Source: Aplysia californica (lineage: Eukaryota). Taken from it: a DNA stretch of 64,000 bases. Below, in pieces: positions 39,801 to 48,277 of the stretch. Each line of letters opens with the position of its first letter. The stretch's first letter is position 1. Position numbers and translations under genes: made by a program. The stretch spans positions 666,020-730,019 of the forward strand of contig NW_004797424.1 of NCBI RefSeq assembly GCF_000002075.1, written 5' to 3'. The notes below the pieces were generated by a model, which searched no databases, was not told the DNA's origin, and saw nothing but the letters and a program-made list of their open reading frames with translations.

Positions 39801-41086
39801 CGGGTGCTCTGGTGTGGTTTGCTCCTTCTTTCCCGTCGAACATCTGTCGTCCTGATCTCTCCTCCTTCTTTTTTGTGTTTGTTACTCGCTTGTAATGCCT
39901 CTAATCTTTTGGCGCTCATATGACCATATGCAGTTGCGAGCGCCGTAAAACTTCTACTAAAACGAAAAACAAAGCCTCAACACGAGTCTTGAGTGTAAAA
40001 TGTTAGAAAAACGACAACAAATTTTTTTTTATGTCTGTCACAGGTCCTGAGTGGCATCACCCTTACCAAGCTGGGTGGCATCATCGTCCTGGGCTTCTCC
40101 AAGTCGCAGCTGTTCCAGGTGTTCTACTTCAGAATGTACCTGGGCATGGTCATCTTTGGGGCCACCCACGGCCTCATCTTCCTTCCCGTGCTCTTGAGCT
40201 ATCTCGGTAAGTGTTCCGTGTTTGTTTCCTTGCATCACTCAAAGACAGCTTCTGTGGTGTACTGTAGCTGTTAGGTGCTTCATTGTCACACGGACAAGAC
40301 GAGAGCTCGATTCATGAGTGGGGAGAATTTTTATCAGTTATCTCTGTCTTTCTGATGGGATGTTGTATCCCTCTCAGCATAAGTTGGCCCTAACAGGCGG
40401 GGTCATAGCCCACCTAAATTATTTAATCTGTGGATAAGGATATAAAAAAACCTCTATTACAAAAAAAATAATTAAGAAGCGTTCCTCAAGATGGGTAATT
40501 GACAGGTACTCTGTTATAGTTTGCTCCATCTTTTCTAACATCTATCGTCCGTATCACTTCTTCTTTTCTTTGTTACTCTTTAGTAACAGCTCTAATCTTT
40601 GCCACTTATTCGATTCGATCTATTTATGTTGTAAGTGTTGTTTCTGTCTGTCTGTCTTACTTTTTCCCAGCACTAAATGACCATCGCTGTGTCGATGTGC
40701 TTCTCTTTACTCAAACAAACAAGCAAATATGATCCGTTTGTTGCAAGTGTTGTAAAACTCTTACTAAAGGTACAGCAACTAAACCCATACCAGACCATTC
40801 CTGTTCCAAAGTTCCATCTCCGAAATAACCCATTGTCTCCAGTTAAGCTTTACAACACTCCAAATCAACACATCTTTATGTGTGTGTGTATATGTGTTTG
40901 CCTCCAGGTCCCTCTGTAAACAAGGCCAAAGTCTACCAGCAGAAATATGTGCAGGAGTCGATGGAGGAGCAGGGGGCCGGGGACCAAGGAGAGTCCCGGA
41001 CCAACCGCAGGTCGGCGCAGCGCTACGCATACGACAACCCGCCTGCTTACAACAGCATGGGCGGGGGCACCGCGCAGCCCATGTGA
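707..41086 (+). CDS. NPC1: NPC intracellular cholesterol transporter 1, whole gene span (26 coding exons, 1338 aa)
   Basis: Manually spliced exons give one open frame of 4017 nt with all introns GT-AG. It encodes a signal peptide, Cys-rich NTD (CVWYGQC, RCPSC), proline linker, middle luminal domain, sterol-sensing domain ([24 protein letters not shown]), C-terminal luminal domain and C-terminal TMs ([31 protein letters not shown]). Confidence 0.97.
1345..1852. mobile_element. Mutator-like MITE
   Basis: ~30-bp TIR TAGYGTCAATTGCCACCGAGTGAmGCGGTG at both ends; flanking TACATCTT(A/T) duplication of 8-9 bp. Confidence 0.7.
3010..3478. mobile_element. Partial copy of the Mutator-like element at 52627-53410
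   Basis: Near-identical to 52645-53130 (GGGGTGAGAATAGTGCAGGCGAGTC...). Confidence 0.75.
3968..4195 (-). mobile_element. Inverted terminal fragment of the same Mutator-like family
   Basis: GGAAGTGGCTATTCTCACCC... is the reverse complement of the 53130-53410 end. Confidence 0.7.
4276..4523. mobile_element. TTAA-flanked MITE (Kolobok-like)
   Basis: TTAA|GGGCTGCTGA ... CTAGCAGTCC|TTAA imperfect TIR. Confidence 0.45.
4650..5392. mobile_element. Kolobok-like non-autonomous DNA element (degraded)
   Basis: AAAGTGGC ... GCCACTTTAA termini. Confidence 0.3.
8262..8421 (+). CDS. NPC1: NPC1 exon 2 (NTD: [11 protein letters not shown]...NCPDFYH)
   Basis: cag acceptor, gtacgt donor, CVWYGxC motif. Confidence 0.95.
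8998..9146 (+). CDS. NPC1: NPC1 exon 3 (TCCADSQ...[22 protein letters not shown])
   Basis: AG/GT bounds, conserved NTD cysteines. Confidence 0.95.
9824..10121 (+). CDS. NPC1: NPC1 exon 4 ([27 protein letters not shown]...)
   Basis: AG/GT bounds, overlaps ORF 9839..10363. Confidence 0.95.
10818..10992 (+). mobile_element. SINE-like family A (diverged copy)
   Basis: Matches the family A consensus; ends ~22 nt before the exon 5 acceptor. Confidence 0.7.
11015..11344 (+). CDS. NPC1: NPC1 exon 5 (CSCPDC, proline linker, TM1)
   Basis: AG/GT bounds, ORF 11047..11361. Confidence 0.93.
12674..12831 (+). CDS. NPC1: NPC1 exon 6
   Basis: [21 protein letters not shown] bounds. Confidence 0.93.
12942..13117 (+). 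mobile_element. SINE-like family A
   Basis: GGTTGGCAGGTGCTGTGGTGTGGTTTGCTCC...TATGACCTTATTGTGTTGCAAGTGCC. Confidence 0.85.
13120..13430. mobile_element. Fragment of the piggyBac-like family seen at 34838-35753
   Basis: Shares TTTGAGCCAATTAA...GGTGGCGCCCTCTTCG and CCATCTGAAGCAA blocks. Confidence 0.55.
13936..14072 (+). CDS. NPC1: NPC1 exon 7
   Basis: [28 protein letters not shown] bounds. Confidence 0.95.
14396..14530 (+). mobile_element. SINE-like family A (diverged, 3' end disrupted)
   Basis: Matches family A head and body. Confidence 0.65.
14548..15028. mobile_element. piggyBac-like MITE
   Basis: TTAA(A)CTCACTCAACC ... GGTCTGGGTGAG|TTAA. Confidence 0.4.
15349..16473. mobile_element. 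PIF/Harbinger non-autonomous element
   Basis: ~40-bp TIR AGCCCCATTTAGACGTAsAGTTCGCTGATyGACAAACTG; TAA TSD on both sides. Confidence 0.8.
16530..16659 (+). CDS. NPC1: NPC1 exon 8
   Basis: [14 protein letters not shown] bounds. Confidence 0.95.
16680..17033 (+). mobile_element. SINE-like family C (tail continues at 20115-20138)
   Basis: Second copy at 37920-38803; ends in CCTCTACTAAAAC like family A. Confidence 0.75.
17034..20114 (-). mobile_element. 5'-truncated RTE-clade LINE (reverse transcriptase pseudogene)
   Basis: ORFs 18640..19458 and 19459..19692 carry RT motifs [34 protein letters not shown] and FKYLGS, with frameshifts; (AAGT)-type tail; 12-bp TSD AACACCTCTACT at 17022 and 20115. 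Confidence 0.9.
17105..18481. mobile_element. hAT-like non-autonomous DNA transposon nested in the RTE 3' end
   Basis: TIR CAGGGTGTCCAG / CTGGACACCCTG; near-TSD CTCTTT/TTCTTT; subterminal GGTCGTAAA/GGTAGTAA repeats; superfamily uncertain. Confidence 0.75.
20148..20330. mobile_element. Tc1/mariner (Tigger-like) MITE
   Basis: TACAGTCGAACCTG start and TGTCCAAG/CTTGGACA subterminal IR; related fragments near 10238-10305 and 59108-59270. Confidence 0.45.
20483..20672 (-). mobile_element. SINE-like family A, the only antisense copy
   Basis: Full length; 11-bp TSD CATAACAAAGA at 20472 and 20673. Confidence 0.9.
20856..21013. mobile_element. TTAA-flanked short MITE (piggyBac-like)
   Basis: TTAACACTTTGCAGTCACTT ... 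AAGTGACTTAAACTGTTAA. Confidence 0.4.
21320..21549 (+). CDS. NPC1: NPC1 exon 9
   Basis: LDLQLAVEN...[10 protein letters not shown]...[17 protein letters not shown] bounds. Confidence 0.95.
22383..22446 (+). mobile_element. Family A 3' tail only
   Basis: GGCGCTCATATGACCTTATGCAGTTGCGAGCGCCGTAAAACCTCTACTAAA, ~30 nt before exon 10. Confidence 0.8.
22476..22576 (+). CDS. NPC1: NPC1 exon 10
   Basis: [23 protein letters not shown] bounds. Confidence 0.95.
22636..23038 (+). mobile_element. tRNA-derived Deu/Nin-like SINE (no tail)
   Basis: tRNA-like head GGGGCTCTCGTGG...; central GCGTTAAAGATCCC block; matches the copies at 38183 and 48878. Confidence 0.8.
23228..23394 (+). CDS. NPC1: NPC1 exon 11
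   Basis: [16 protein letters not shown]...AWE...ISFSSE, AG/GT bounds. Confidence 0.95.
24042..24170 (+). CDS. NPC1: NPC1 exon 12 (start of sterol-sensing domain)
   Basis: [33 protein letters not shown] bounds. Confidence 0.95.
24560..24935 (+). mobile_element. RTE LINE 3' fragment
   Basis: [18 protein letters not shown]...[11 protein letters not shown]; (GAT)n tail; 13-bp TSD ATTTGGTGTTTAC at 24547 and 24936. Confidence 0.85.
25047..25475 (+). repeat. 52-bp tandem repeat made of the exon-13 acceptor region
   Basis: Unit ~GTGTTAACCTTTTGTTTTATCTCGCCTTTTCTTTAG|GTGGATTCCAAGGTG, about 6 copies, interrupted by a family A fragment (25149-25257). Confidence 0.85.
25457..25639 (+). CDS. NPC1: NPC1 exon 13 (SSD)
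   Basis: VDSKVVLG...[14 protein letters not shown], 183 nt. Confidence 0.96.
25795..25979 (+). mobile_element. SINE-like family A (followed by a family B 3' half, 25985-26084)
   Basis: Full-length consensus match. Confidence 0.88.
26500..26614 (+). CDS. NPC1: NPC1 exon 14 (SSD)
   Basis: [19 protein letters not shown], 115 nt. Confidence 0.96.
27348..27475 (+). CDS. NPC1: NPC1 exon 15 (SSD)
   Basis: [11 protein letters not shown]...DFLLQITCF...LDAKREE, 128 nt. Confidence 0.96.
28131..28265 (+). CDS. NPC1: NPC1 exon 16
   Basis: NRLDFCCC...[12 protein letters not shown] bounds. Confidence 0.95.
28688..28777 (+). CDS. NPC1: NPC1 exon 17
   Basis: MVIFVGW...[11 protein letters not shown], 90 nt. 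Confidence 0.95.
29448..29638 (+). CDS. NPC1: NPC1 exon 18
   Basis: DSYVLDYF...VGAPVYFVV...[11 protein letters not shown], 191 nt. Confidence 0.95.
30480..30668. repeat. (CT)n/(CTGT)n/(CCCT)n microsatellite; similar (CT)n tracts at 4207-4257, 7945-7985, 8655-8918 and 33830-33893
   Basis: Direct reading. Confidence 0.9.
30668..30775 (+). mobile_element. tRNA-derived SINE fragment (CORE-like)
   Basis: A-box-like TAGCCTAGTGG and TCCTTGGGAAAGGCACTTTAC. Confidence 0.45.
31997..32109 (+). CDS. NPC1: NPC1 exon 19
   Basis: [12 protein letters not shown]...CCR, AG/GT bounds. Confidence 0.95.
32399..32570 (+). mobile_element. SINE-like family A (diverged)
   Basis: Consensus match; ~80 nt before exon 20. 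Confidence 0.65.
32652..32778 (+). CDS. NPC1: NPC1 exon 20
   Basis: CLAC...[21 protein letters not shown] bounds. Confidence 0.95.
33271..33338 (+). CDS. NPC1: NPC1 exon 21
   Basis: [13 protein letters not shown] bounds. Confidence 0.93.
33895..34066 (+). mobile_element. SINE-like family A
   Basis: Consensus match; inserted in a (CT)n tract. Confidence 0.85.
34206..34338 (+). CDS. NPC1: NPC1 exon 22
   Basis: [25 protein letters not shown]...VFPYS, AG/GT bounds. Confidence 0.95.
34838..35753 (+). mobile_element. piggyBac-like internally deleted element with a 43-bp internal tandem repeat (35385-35503)
   Basis: TTAT|CCCTTTGAGCCCT ... AGGGCTTGAAGGG|TTAA; acidic remnant resembling a transposase N-terminus. 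Confidence 0.6.
36128..36445 (+). mobile_element. SINE-like family B
   Basis: GTGGGTGGTTG..GGAGGGTGCCACTGGTAGG head and GCTTCTCT.TACTCAAACAAACAA tail; other copies at 28915, 33163, 33412, 40638, 48430, 59828 and 62190. Confidence 0.65.
36562..36929 (+). mobile_element. Two nested family A copies
   Basis: Outer TSD TATGGTGTTTAACATCCAC (36543, 36930); inner TSD TAATCTTC (36681, 36869). Confidence 0.88.
36973..37204 (+). CDS. NPC1: NPC1 exon 23
   Basis: [12 protein letters not shown]...[11 protein letters not shown], 232 nt. Confidence 0.96.
37164..37600 (+). repeat. ~90-105-bp tandem repeat of the exon-23 3' end, donor site and (TG)n
   Basis: CATAGACCTC...GCTGGTCAACCTCATCATG|GTAAGG repeated 5 times with decay. 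Confidence 0.85.
37920..38866 (+). mobile_element. SINE-like family C copy, interrupted by a Deu-like SINE and ending in a family A tail
   Basis: Colinear with 16680-17016; family A tail at 38807-38866. Confidence 0.75.
38183..38719 (-). mobile_element. Full-length tRNA-Glu-headed Deu/Nin-like SINE
   Basis: A box TGGCCTAGAGG and B box GGTTCGAATCC; GCACGTTAAAGATCC core; family A-type tail; 11-bp TSD AAGCAGACTTT (38172, 38720). Confidence 0.88.
38980..39153 (+). mobile_element. SINE-like family A
   Basis: Consensus match; ~110 nt before exon 24. Confidence 0.88.
39264..39377 (+). CDS. NPC1: NPC1 exon 24
   Basis: [16 protein letters not shown]...MGSS, 114 nt. Confidence 0.96.
39540..40010. 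repeat. Degenerate ~50-60-bp tandem repeat
   Basis: Repeated CCTCAACA...TGAGTRTAAAGTGTTA units. Confidence 0.55.
39789..39966 (+). mobile_element. SINE-like family A
   Basis: 12-bp TSD AAACAAAGCCTC (39777, 39967); 77 nt before exon 25. Confidence 0.9.
40044..40206 (+). CDS. NPC1: NPC1 exon 25
   Basis: [12 protein letters not shown]...FYFRMYLG...[12 protein letters not shown], 163 nt. Confidence 0.96.
40491..40768 (+). mobile_element. Diverged family A copy with an inserted family B 3' half
   Basis: Family A body, family B segment 40638-40727, family A tail 40735-40768. Confidence 0.6.
40908..41086 (+). CDS. NPC1: NPC1 exon 26 (cytosolic tail, TGA stop)
   Basis: GPSVNKAK (same in human NPC1) then a divergent tail ending TAQPM*. 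Confidence 0.92.
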
Positions 41087-44000
41087 TGCTGCTGAGACAA
41101 AACATGCTGAGAAGATGACGCTGTTGTTGCCGTGCTCAGATTCAGCCAGTCCGCCGTGTACCTTAGTTTGTGGGAATTTGGGGTTGTGAGTTGTGGAGAG
41201 TGATGCTCACTCACAGCAAGTGTGTCTGGCATGGTCGTGTGTTTGTTTGATCTGATTTGAATGTGGGTGGAAACTAAGAATCATGTGAAGCTAGGAGTAT
41301 GGGTACACCACCATCTTTTTAGCATCCTGGGTCTGGGAAATGTCTCAAGAGTTACTGCTTTTGTAATAAGGGTGCCCCATGATAATAACTCCCTAATGTA
41401 GACCTCTGCCCTGTCATTTCAGCAGCCTTTGTCTCCCAGAATCCTGAAAAATTCATGGATTGGTAAGAAGGTAGACATTGGATGTAAACGTATAAAAGAT
41501 AGAATGAAATAAATGGTACAAGTTTATCTTTGTACGTGTCTAGTGGAAAATTCAAGTCTTTTCTGGTGCTAACGTGGGGATCTGACGCGATCTTGTGTTT
41601 TTGGTGTGCTTGTATAATCTTGTCCTATACAAATGTGTGGTGGGTTTTGTGTCCTGGCGGCAGAGACAGAAGAAGTGAATGGCGTTACCATGCAGAAATG
41701 AAGCGGTACCCTCGGTTGCTGCAGTGTAGATAGACTTCTTTCTGCATTTAGATTCTCCACTTTAAAAAAATAGATGACAATGTGATTTTCTGTGTCGTGT
41801 CAGCAACTCATGACATCCACTCGTACATTACCAAGAATATGGAACAGGAAGCAAAGTACTAAAGTATAAAAATTGTTTCTATTTTCTACTTTCCTTTTCA
41901 GCACTGTTCACTATGCTTTTGATTGGGGGCGGGGGTGAATAAAAATGTTGAAAAGGACAATTTGCAGACAGATTCTGTTCTGTTCTATTCTGTAGGTATA
42001 CTTGTAGTCAAATACTTTGTACATAAAATGAAGACGTAAAGGCCCTGGAATTGTGAATGATCTGAAGGAGACCTCAGAGACAGTTTTTATGTATAGTTGT
42101 TTTTACTGATATGATTCACATGAATATGAAGACTTTCCTTTTATGAATTATGAATGAAATGGAAGACAGACATGGACAAGTTGGCATGAGTAGAACTGAG
42201 AGGGCTAAAAAAAATGCTTTAAAAATAGGGAGCATTGGTGCGTTCTTGTGCTTTTTTTTTTTTCAGTAAGCTAAACTCAGAAGCTTTGCCTCTTGTCTTG
42301 CTTGGGCCTTTATTCTGAGAGATACATTCCCGCTTTCTCTCAGACAGCTGTCTGCTTCGGTTCCGCGCTGATACATTCAGGCTGCCTGTCACTTTCTGCC
42401 TAAGATAACAAATGATTTGTTATTCCCTGATGTTGATTATGCAAAAATGTTTGATATTATTTTCTTTAACTGCAGATAACTTGATTTGTTTTATTTTTCT
42501 TTAAGCTTGATTACATTTCAGGGAAGTTGTGTATATATATATGAATTATATATTATGTGTATGTGATTATTGTTTCTGCTGCTCTGAACAGTGTCTTGTG
42601 AAGAATCAATGTTTCTTATGGGTCAGTCTTATGAATGTTATTTATTTCATTTTGTATGGCAAAAGTGGTGAGTGAAATAACTAAAATTTGTAGGTGTGTG
42701 AAAATGCAGGGATATAAGTTGAGCATTTGATGGTAGCTAATTGAATGTTTTTTTATGTAGATGACTGGTGGTTTCTCTTTTGTCAAAGTGCAGCTTATGG
42801 CTCTGATAAAGGAATACTAAAACTGCTGTATAAATTCACACTTCTTTACCTATGTTCAGTTTTGTATGATTTGAAAGAACTGTGTCTCGTAAAGAAAATT
42901 GCAGGAACTTTTGCACAATATTTGAACCATTTAACCTGTTTGAGCAAATGCACAGTTTTGTACTTTGCTTCTTTATCCTTGTACTGGGTTGCTATGGAAC
43001 ATTATGTGTTTGCTTAACAAGTGCTACCAGGTTCCAGAACCAGTGAAAAAACGGCCTCCAAAGTTTTGGTGAATTCCAAAGCTTGAGTGTCCTTAAAAAT
43101 TGTAAATTTACATTTTCTATTTTGGTGCTTTTTCATCATTTTTCAGTGAGTTCCACACAGAACTATGTTTTCAATTGGACATAAAAAGTGTTGAACCAAA
43201 AAAAAATTCAATAGAAATTGCTCAAGGAGCAGAAAAATGTCAGTTTCTTCTATTTTAGTATTTTGATGAGGCCTAATTCACCGCAATGACTCGCATATTT
43301 TTTTGTAATGCAAGGGGGAAAGTGGTTGTTTAAACTGGTGGCCCTTGTGGCATTTTCGACTGTAGTTCGTTTGTTTGAAGGAAAAAAACTCTTTAGGGCC
43401 TTCTTCTCAGGTGTGTTTGCTAGTATTATATTTCTTCCAGATTTCCTTTGTTTCCAGGACCTCCATAACAGGGTTTGCTCTTGTCTTGTCTCAAAAGACT
43501 TGAAAATTAAATCCTATGTCTATTTTGAGAGATTCCTAAAATATGGTGACAGGTGTGTTAAAATCGAGTGTGAATATAGTGGAGTCCATTTAAACCGAAC
43601 ATGGTTGATCCAAAACCAGTGGTAAATGGAAAAGAAAATCTCCCAATTTAAAAAAAAAATGTTTTTTGGGAGAAAACTTTCTAAATGGAAAACTTGGCTA
43701 AACTAAAGAATGCCAGGCAGTCTCGCAGATTTCAGTTTAAGTGAACTCCATCATACATAAATGTTTTAAGGTAAGAAGGATACAGTTGCTTTTTATGTGA
43801 ATGTGTGTTTGAAGATATTAATATATAACATGTATGCTTGCTTGGGATTTGTCTGTCTTGCAATGTCTCACTATATCCATGACGCGGAGTGATACTGTGA
43901 CTGTGCTCCTTCACAAGCTTTGTAAAGCCTATGTACATCATAGTTCACCATAGTCAGTAATTTATTCCTTCATGTTCTATCATGCCGATTCTCTCTGTAC

Positions 44001-47000
44001 AAAGTTCCCTTTGGGCTCGTGTCAAGATGTCTGGTGTCTGATAGGAATTGGAAAATTTCCTGTTGGATGATAAAGGGTATTTTCAGGGTTATTTGCTGGG
44101 TGGAGTCCTTTTTGTCTCATTTTTTCATCCTCCATTTCTTCTTCTCCTCATCCCTCCCTTCCCCCCACCTTTTTTTTTTTTTTGACATGGTCCTCAGTCC
44201 TCTGTATAAATTTTTTGAATACGCATTGAAATATGAGGGACAATGAGGATTTTATTACGTGAATTATTTTTTTCTCTGTTTTTGTTCATTTTAGCAAAGC
44301 TTTACTAATACAAGTACTACACCTTTATGGCAGTTATTGAAAGGGGGATATGAGAAATGTTTCATTTTTTTACTCTGTTTACAAAGTGCCCATTCTTCCT
44401 TCGGGTTCAACATTAAGTTAATGTTGTGATGTTTGTTTAAAGAGAGTTTGTTATTATGCCAAAGGGTGAATGTTGTCTCCGTCTTTCGGATAATAGGTGG
44501 TTTCTTCTTTTCTTCTAATTTTGTCTATGCTATAGCACACTCAAATATATTAAACGCTACTAAAGTTGGGTTTTTAATTTTTTTCTTCTTTTATTATCTT
44601 GCTTATTCTAAATAGTGTATGGACTTCTGTGTACCCTTGTGGGTCCCTTTTTCTTAAGTTCTCCAATTAAAAACAGCTCGGGCTAATTTGAAGCAATATA
44701 TTTCGTTGTCTGTTTGTCTGCAGAATATAAAATTCACCAACATCTCTTGTTTTATGTATAGGCCCTCCGATTTGTCTACAAAAGATGTGAAATCAAATCC
44801 AATGCTCAGAAAGTTATTTTATGGAGCGTCTTCATCTTTGTGCTGGGAGGCTGTCGTTTTTGTTTAGTTGAACGGGACAGGTTGGGTTGAGGATGCCCAC
44901 TTCTTAATGGTCTTCGTTGTGTGGATGTAAGCTCGAAACATTTTCACTAACAGATTCTTGGGCTCTGATTCCTCAGCTTCAAGTAAATTTCTTTTTTATA
45001 TTATGTTTCCTCCTTGAAAAGTATTTTCAGAAGGAAGGTACTTGCAGCTTTCATGTGCTTCAAACCAAATTACAGAATTAAATCATTTGATCAGTTTTTT
45101 GTTTGATTTATTAAATCCAGATTTGAAGAACTTTGTTACCCAAAGTTGTCAGTGATTGGGTGTTCTGGCTTTAATTCTCTGTTTTTCATTTACTCTGTCC
45201 TGATAACCAAATTGTTTTTGCATTATGCAATGTTTTATTTTATTTTCAGAAGTTTGTTTGGGGAAAAGGGGTGAATGGGGAGGGTGGCGGTGGTGATTTA
45301 TTCAGAAGTTTGTTTGGGGAAAAAATGGGGAGGGTGGCGGTGGTGATTTATTCAGAAGTTTGTTTGAATAAAAAGGCAGGGGGGGGGTAAGGGTAGTGGT
45401 GGGGATGTTTTCTGAGGGTCCACTCCACAAATAAAATGTATTCATATTTTATATGTTGTATTTCATTAACACTTACTTTGTATCATTTGATCAGCAACTT
45501 TTCTCATGCATTTATTCATCCAAAGTTGTTGTTAGGGTTCTTTTTTTCAATTAAGTAATAAGCAGGAAAATAATTAACCAGCATTTTTTTTGCCTTGTGT
45601 GAAGAGAAAAAGAGTAATTATAGGCACATGAGATAGTTGAATCACTTTTGCCTGTGGAAAAGGAGATAGATCTACATTGTATGTTTCTTTGCTTCCCTTG
45701 TCCCTGGCCTATTGTTCTGTGGCTATGTGACTTTATTAGAATTTTTAAAAACATTAGTTAGTGTCAGACAACCCTTATCTGCTAGTTCCTGGGCAAGCTA
45801 CGGCTGCTCTTTTATAAGAGAAAATGTAATTTAAAAAATACTGTGATCAAATTTTGGGGGTGGTTGTATATATGTATGTTTGTGTGTTTGAAAAGGGGGG
45901 AGGGGGGAGAGAAGAGTGGGTTGCTTGAATTGCTGAATTATAGATTTAATAAATCATTTTCATCAAATGGCAGGGGAAAGGGGAAAAAAAACAGTCAGTC
46001 TGTTGAAACATCTGTTTTGCAGATGCTAGAACAATCTTAGTAGGAAACAATTGGTTCACCTTTCTACTGTATGTCGTCATACATTTTATATTGTGAAAAA
46101 TGATTGATAATTTCATCATATTGAAGTTCATGAGAAATTTTGAATAAAATTTTTCTTTGCACAATATCGTTCTCCTATGTTGTAATTTGCAAATTCCGAA
46201 TTAATTTTTCCTCATGAAATTCTCCAATGCTGAATCGCTTTGGGTAAAAATGGAAATGTTTAATTTCTCACTGCATTATCCAGGTTCCCGAAAATAATAT
46301 TGCATATGTTACTCTCAATTTTTATCCGGATAAGGTGTATACCAATTAGGAAATAATTGTCCTTATAAAAAATTATAGGACTTTGTACATAGAATAAGGT
46401 GAGATAATAATATTGAAATTAAATGTCAAAGAGTTGAGCTTGTAAAGAGCTTTTTTTGTTGTTGTTGTTTGTTTTGCATGGCTCGGAACAGAATGGTAGA
46501 CATAATGCTATCCTTAAGAATGGCTATTTTCGTGCTGTGTAGGCTAGATGTCCTTTTTTTTTCTTCCTCGGTTTCTTTTTCTCTCTCTTTTTAGCCAAGA
46601 GCCCACTTTTTGAAAAACTTTTTTCTGTTTAATGTCTGATAAAGTTTTGATGAAATACTTATAACATTTCCATGAAATGAGAATTTTCATTTCTGTGGGG
46701 GAGGGAGGGGGGAGGTTTATGTAACTAGTAGCGCAGTTGACATGGTACCGCATTACTGTGTAAATAGCCTGAGTTCAAACTACCAGCACGGTGGGGTTTT
46801 GGGGGGTTTTTTACTTGGTTGTTTGCGTAGTTTTCATGGCTTGGCACAGTCTTTTTTGGAGACAGGCATCAAATAGGGGGTCACATTAAACCCTTTCTAA
46901 ACCATACCTAGTTTAGGTATTTATCAGGCATATTTCTCCTTTATGGAACAGGGGATATATCAAGTCTCTTATGTATAATGTCAACTCAGTACGACTGGTT

Positions 47001-47670
47001 TTGTCTAAATATTGCCACCAATTCCTGTGTATTTATTTTCATTGCTAGCTTTGTGAATGAAGGACCTGTTCTCCATTGTAATGGGTGGTCTTTGAAAAAA
47101 GGCATCATTTCCTCTTTTTCAATTCCGGTGCTTATTTTTCACTTACAGCTAAGTTGTAGTGTCCATCCTAAATTTTGCTTTTCTATCTACCCTTTTTAAA
47201 AATTATTATTATTTTATTTTTTTAATTAATTTATTTTTGGTTTACTTTGGATTCTTTTTTAATTTTAAGGTTTGATGTGTACTGAAAGATATTTTTCACC
47301 TGTATGAGACTGAAAGACCTATCTGGTTATATATTAACAATGATTCTTAAGGTTTTTGTCAGACTGCAGTGTTTTTGGTGAAAGATCTGTTTCATACATA
47401 TATAAATTTTTATACTGGTTAGTATATGCCAGACCCTTTTATGTTAAAAAATATGAGAACGATCGTGTTGAGTCCATCGAAAATCATTGCACATTTTGTG
47501 TTCTACATGCACTACTAATCTTGCCAAAGTGATCATTTCATCTTGTTTCTGGTTACTAATACTTTAAATAGAACACCGCCATTGCTGATGCCCATCAACA
47601 AAAGATTTCTAAAGTACCATTTTCCCCCCACCATTTGTTGACAATAAAATATAATATGAAACGTTTGTAT
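41087..47670 (+). other. NPC1: Probable long NPC1 3' UTR with candidate poly(A) signals
   Basis: AT-rich and free of the SINE copies common in the introns; AATAAA at 41938, 45430, 46143 and 47643; the true end is uncertain. Confidence 0.45.
45236..45366. repeat. ~50-bp tandem duplication with G-tracts
   Basis: TTCAGAAGTTTGTTTGGGGAAAA...GGGGAGGGTGGCGGTGGTGATTTA repeated 2.5 times. Confidence 0.8.
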
Positions 47671-47828
47671 GAATTGTTCTGCTTTATTTGCTTACTTGAA
47701 ACTTATAAAACAAACTTCTAAAATGCTGTAGTTTTTTCGACAGCTAGAAATTAATCGATTTGACGCGAGAAGAAACAAATAACGTTGGGAGCAAACAAAT
47801 CAATAGAAAATACTTGTCAATATAGAAA

Positions 47829-48010
47829 GTGGGTGGTTGGCGGGTTCTCTGGTGTGGTTTGCTTCTTCTTTTCTATCAAACATCTATCGTCTTTTTTCTC
47901 CCCTTCTTCTTTTTTATGTTTGCTACTCTGTTGTAAAAACTCTAATCTTCTGGCGCTAATATGACCTTATGCAGTTGCGAGCGCTGTGAAACCTCTACTT
48001 TTAAAAAAAG
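47829..48010 (+). mobile_element. SINE-like family A
   Basis: TSD ATATAGAAA (47820, 48011). Confidence 0.88.
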
Positions 48011-48277
48011 ATATAGAAATCAGAAAGTGGAAGTTTATTGGACACACTTTGAGATAACTTAAAACAAACAATACTCACAAAGCTTTAAGATGGAATTCGC
48101 AAAGAAAGAGAGAAAAGTGAAGGCCTAAAATACTCTGAGAAAGTACTTGGGTTTGAACCTAAAACTCAACGAGATGAGATATAGCTGGACAGAGGTTGAG
48201 ACAATAGCCCAGGACAGAAACTGTTGTTGGTGGCCGTACTTCTCCGGCACAGGGGGATAAAGAATGATGATGGTGAT
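48011..48277 (+). mobile_element. Degraded RTE LINE 3' fragment
   Basis: RKWKFIGHTLR and AQDR remnants; GATGAT tail. Confidence 0.6.

Noticed and set aside
39789-39966. Family A as a snoRNA or hammerhead ribozyme
   Set aside because: No C/D boxes, no H box after the first hairpin and no CUGANGA/GAAA core; only the positional analogy to intronic snoRNAs remains.
707-41086. Alternative identity as NPC1L1 or Patched
   Set aside because: The Cys-rich NTD excludes Patched; motifs and exon sizes fit NPC1, and NPC1L1 is a vertebrate-lineage paralog.
41084-41095. Stop-codon readthrough or selenocysteine at TGA
   Set aside because: The context TGA-TGC is not a readthrough motif, a second TGA follows after two codons, and no SECIS was seen.
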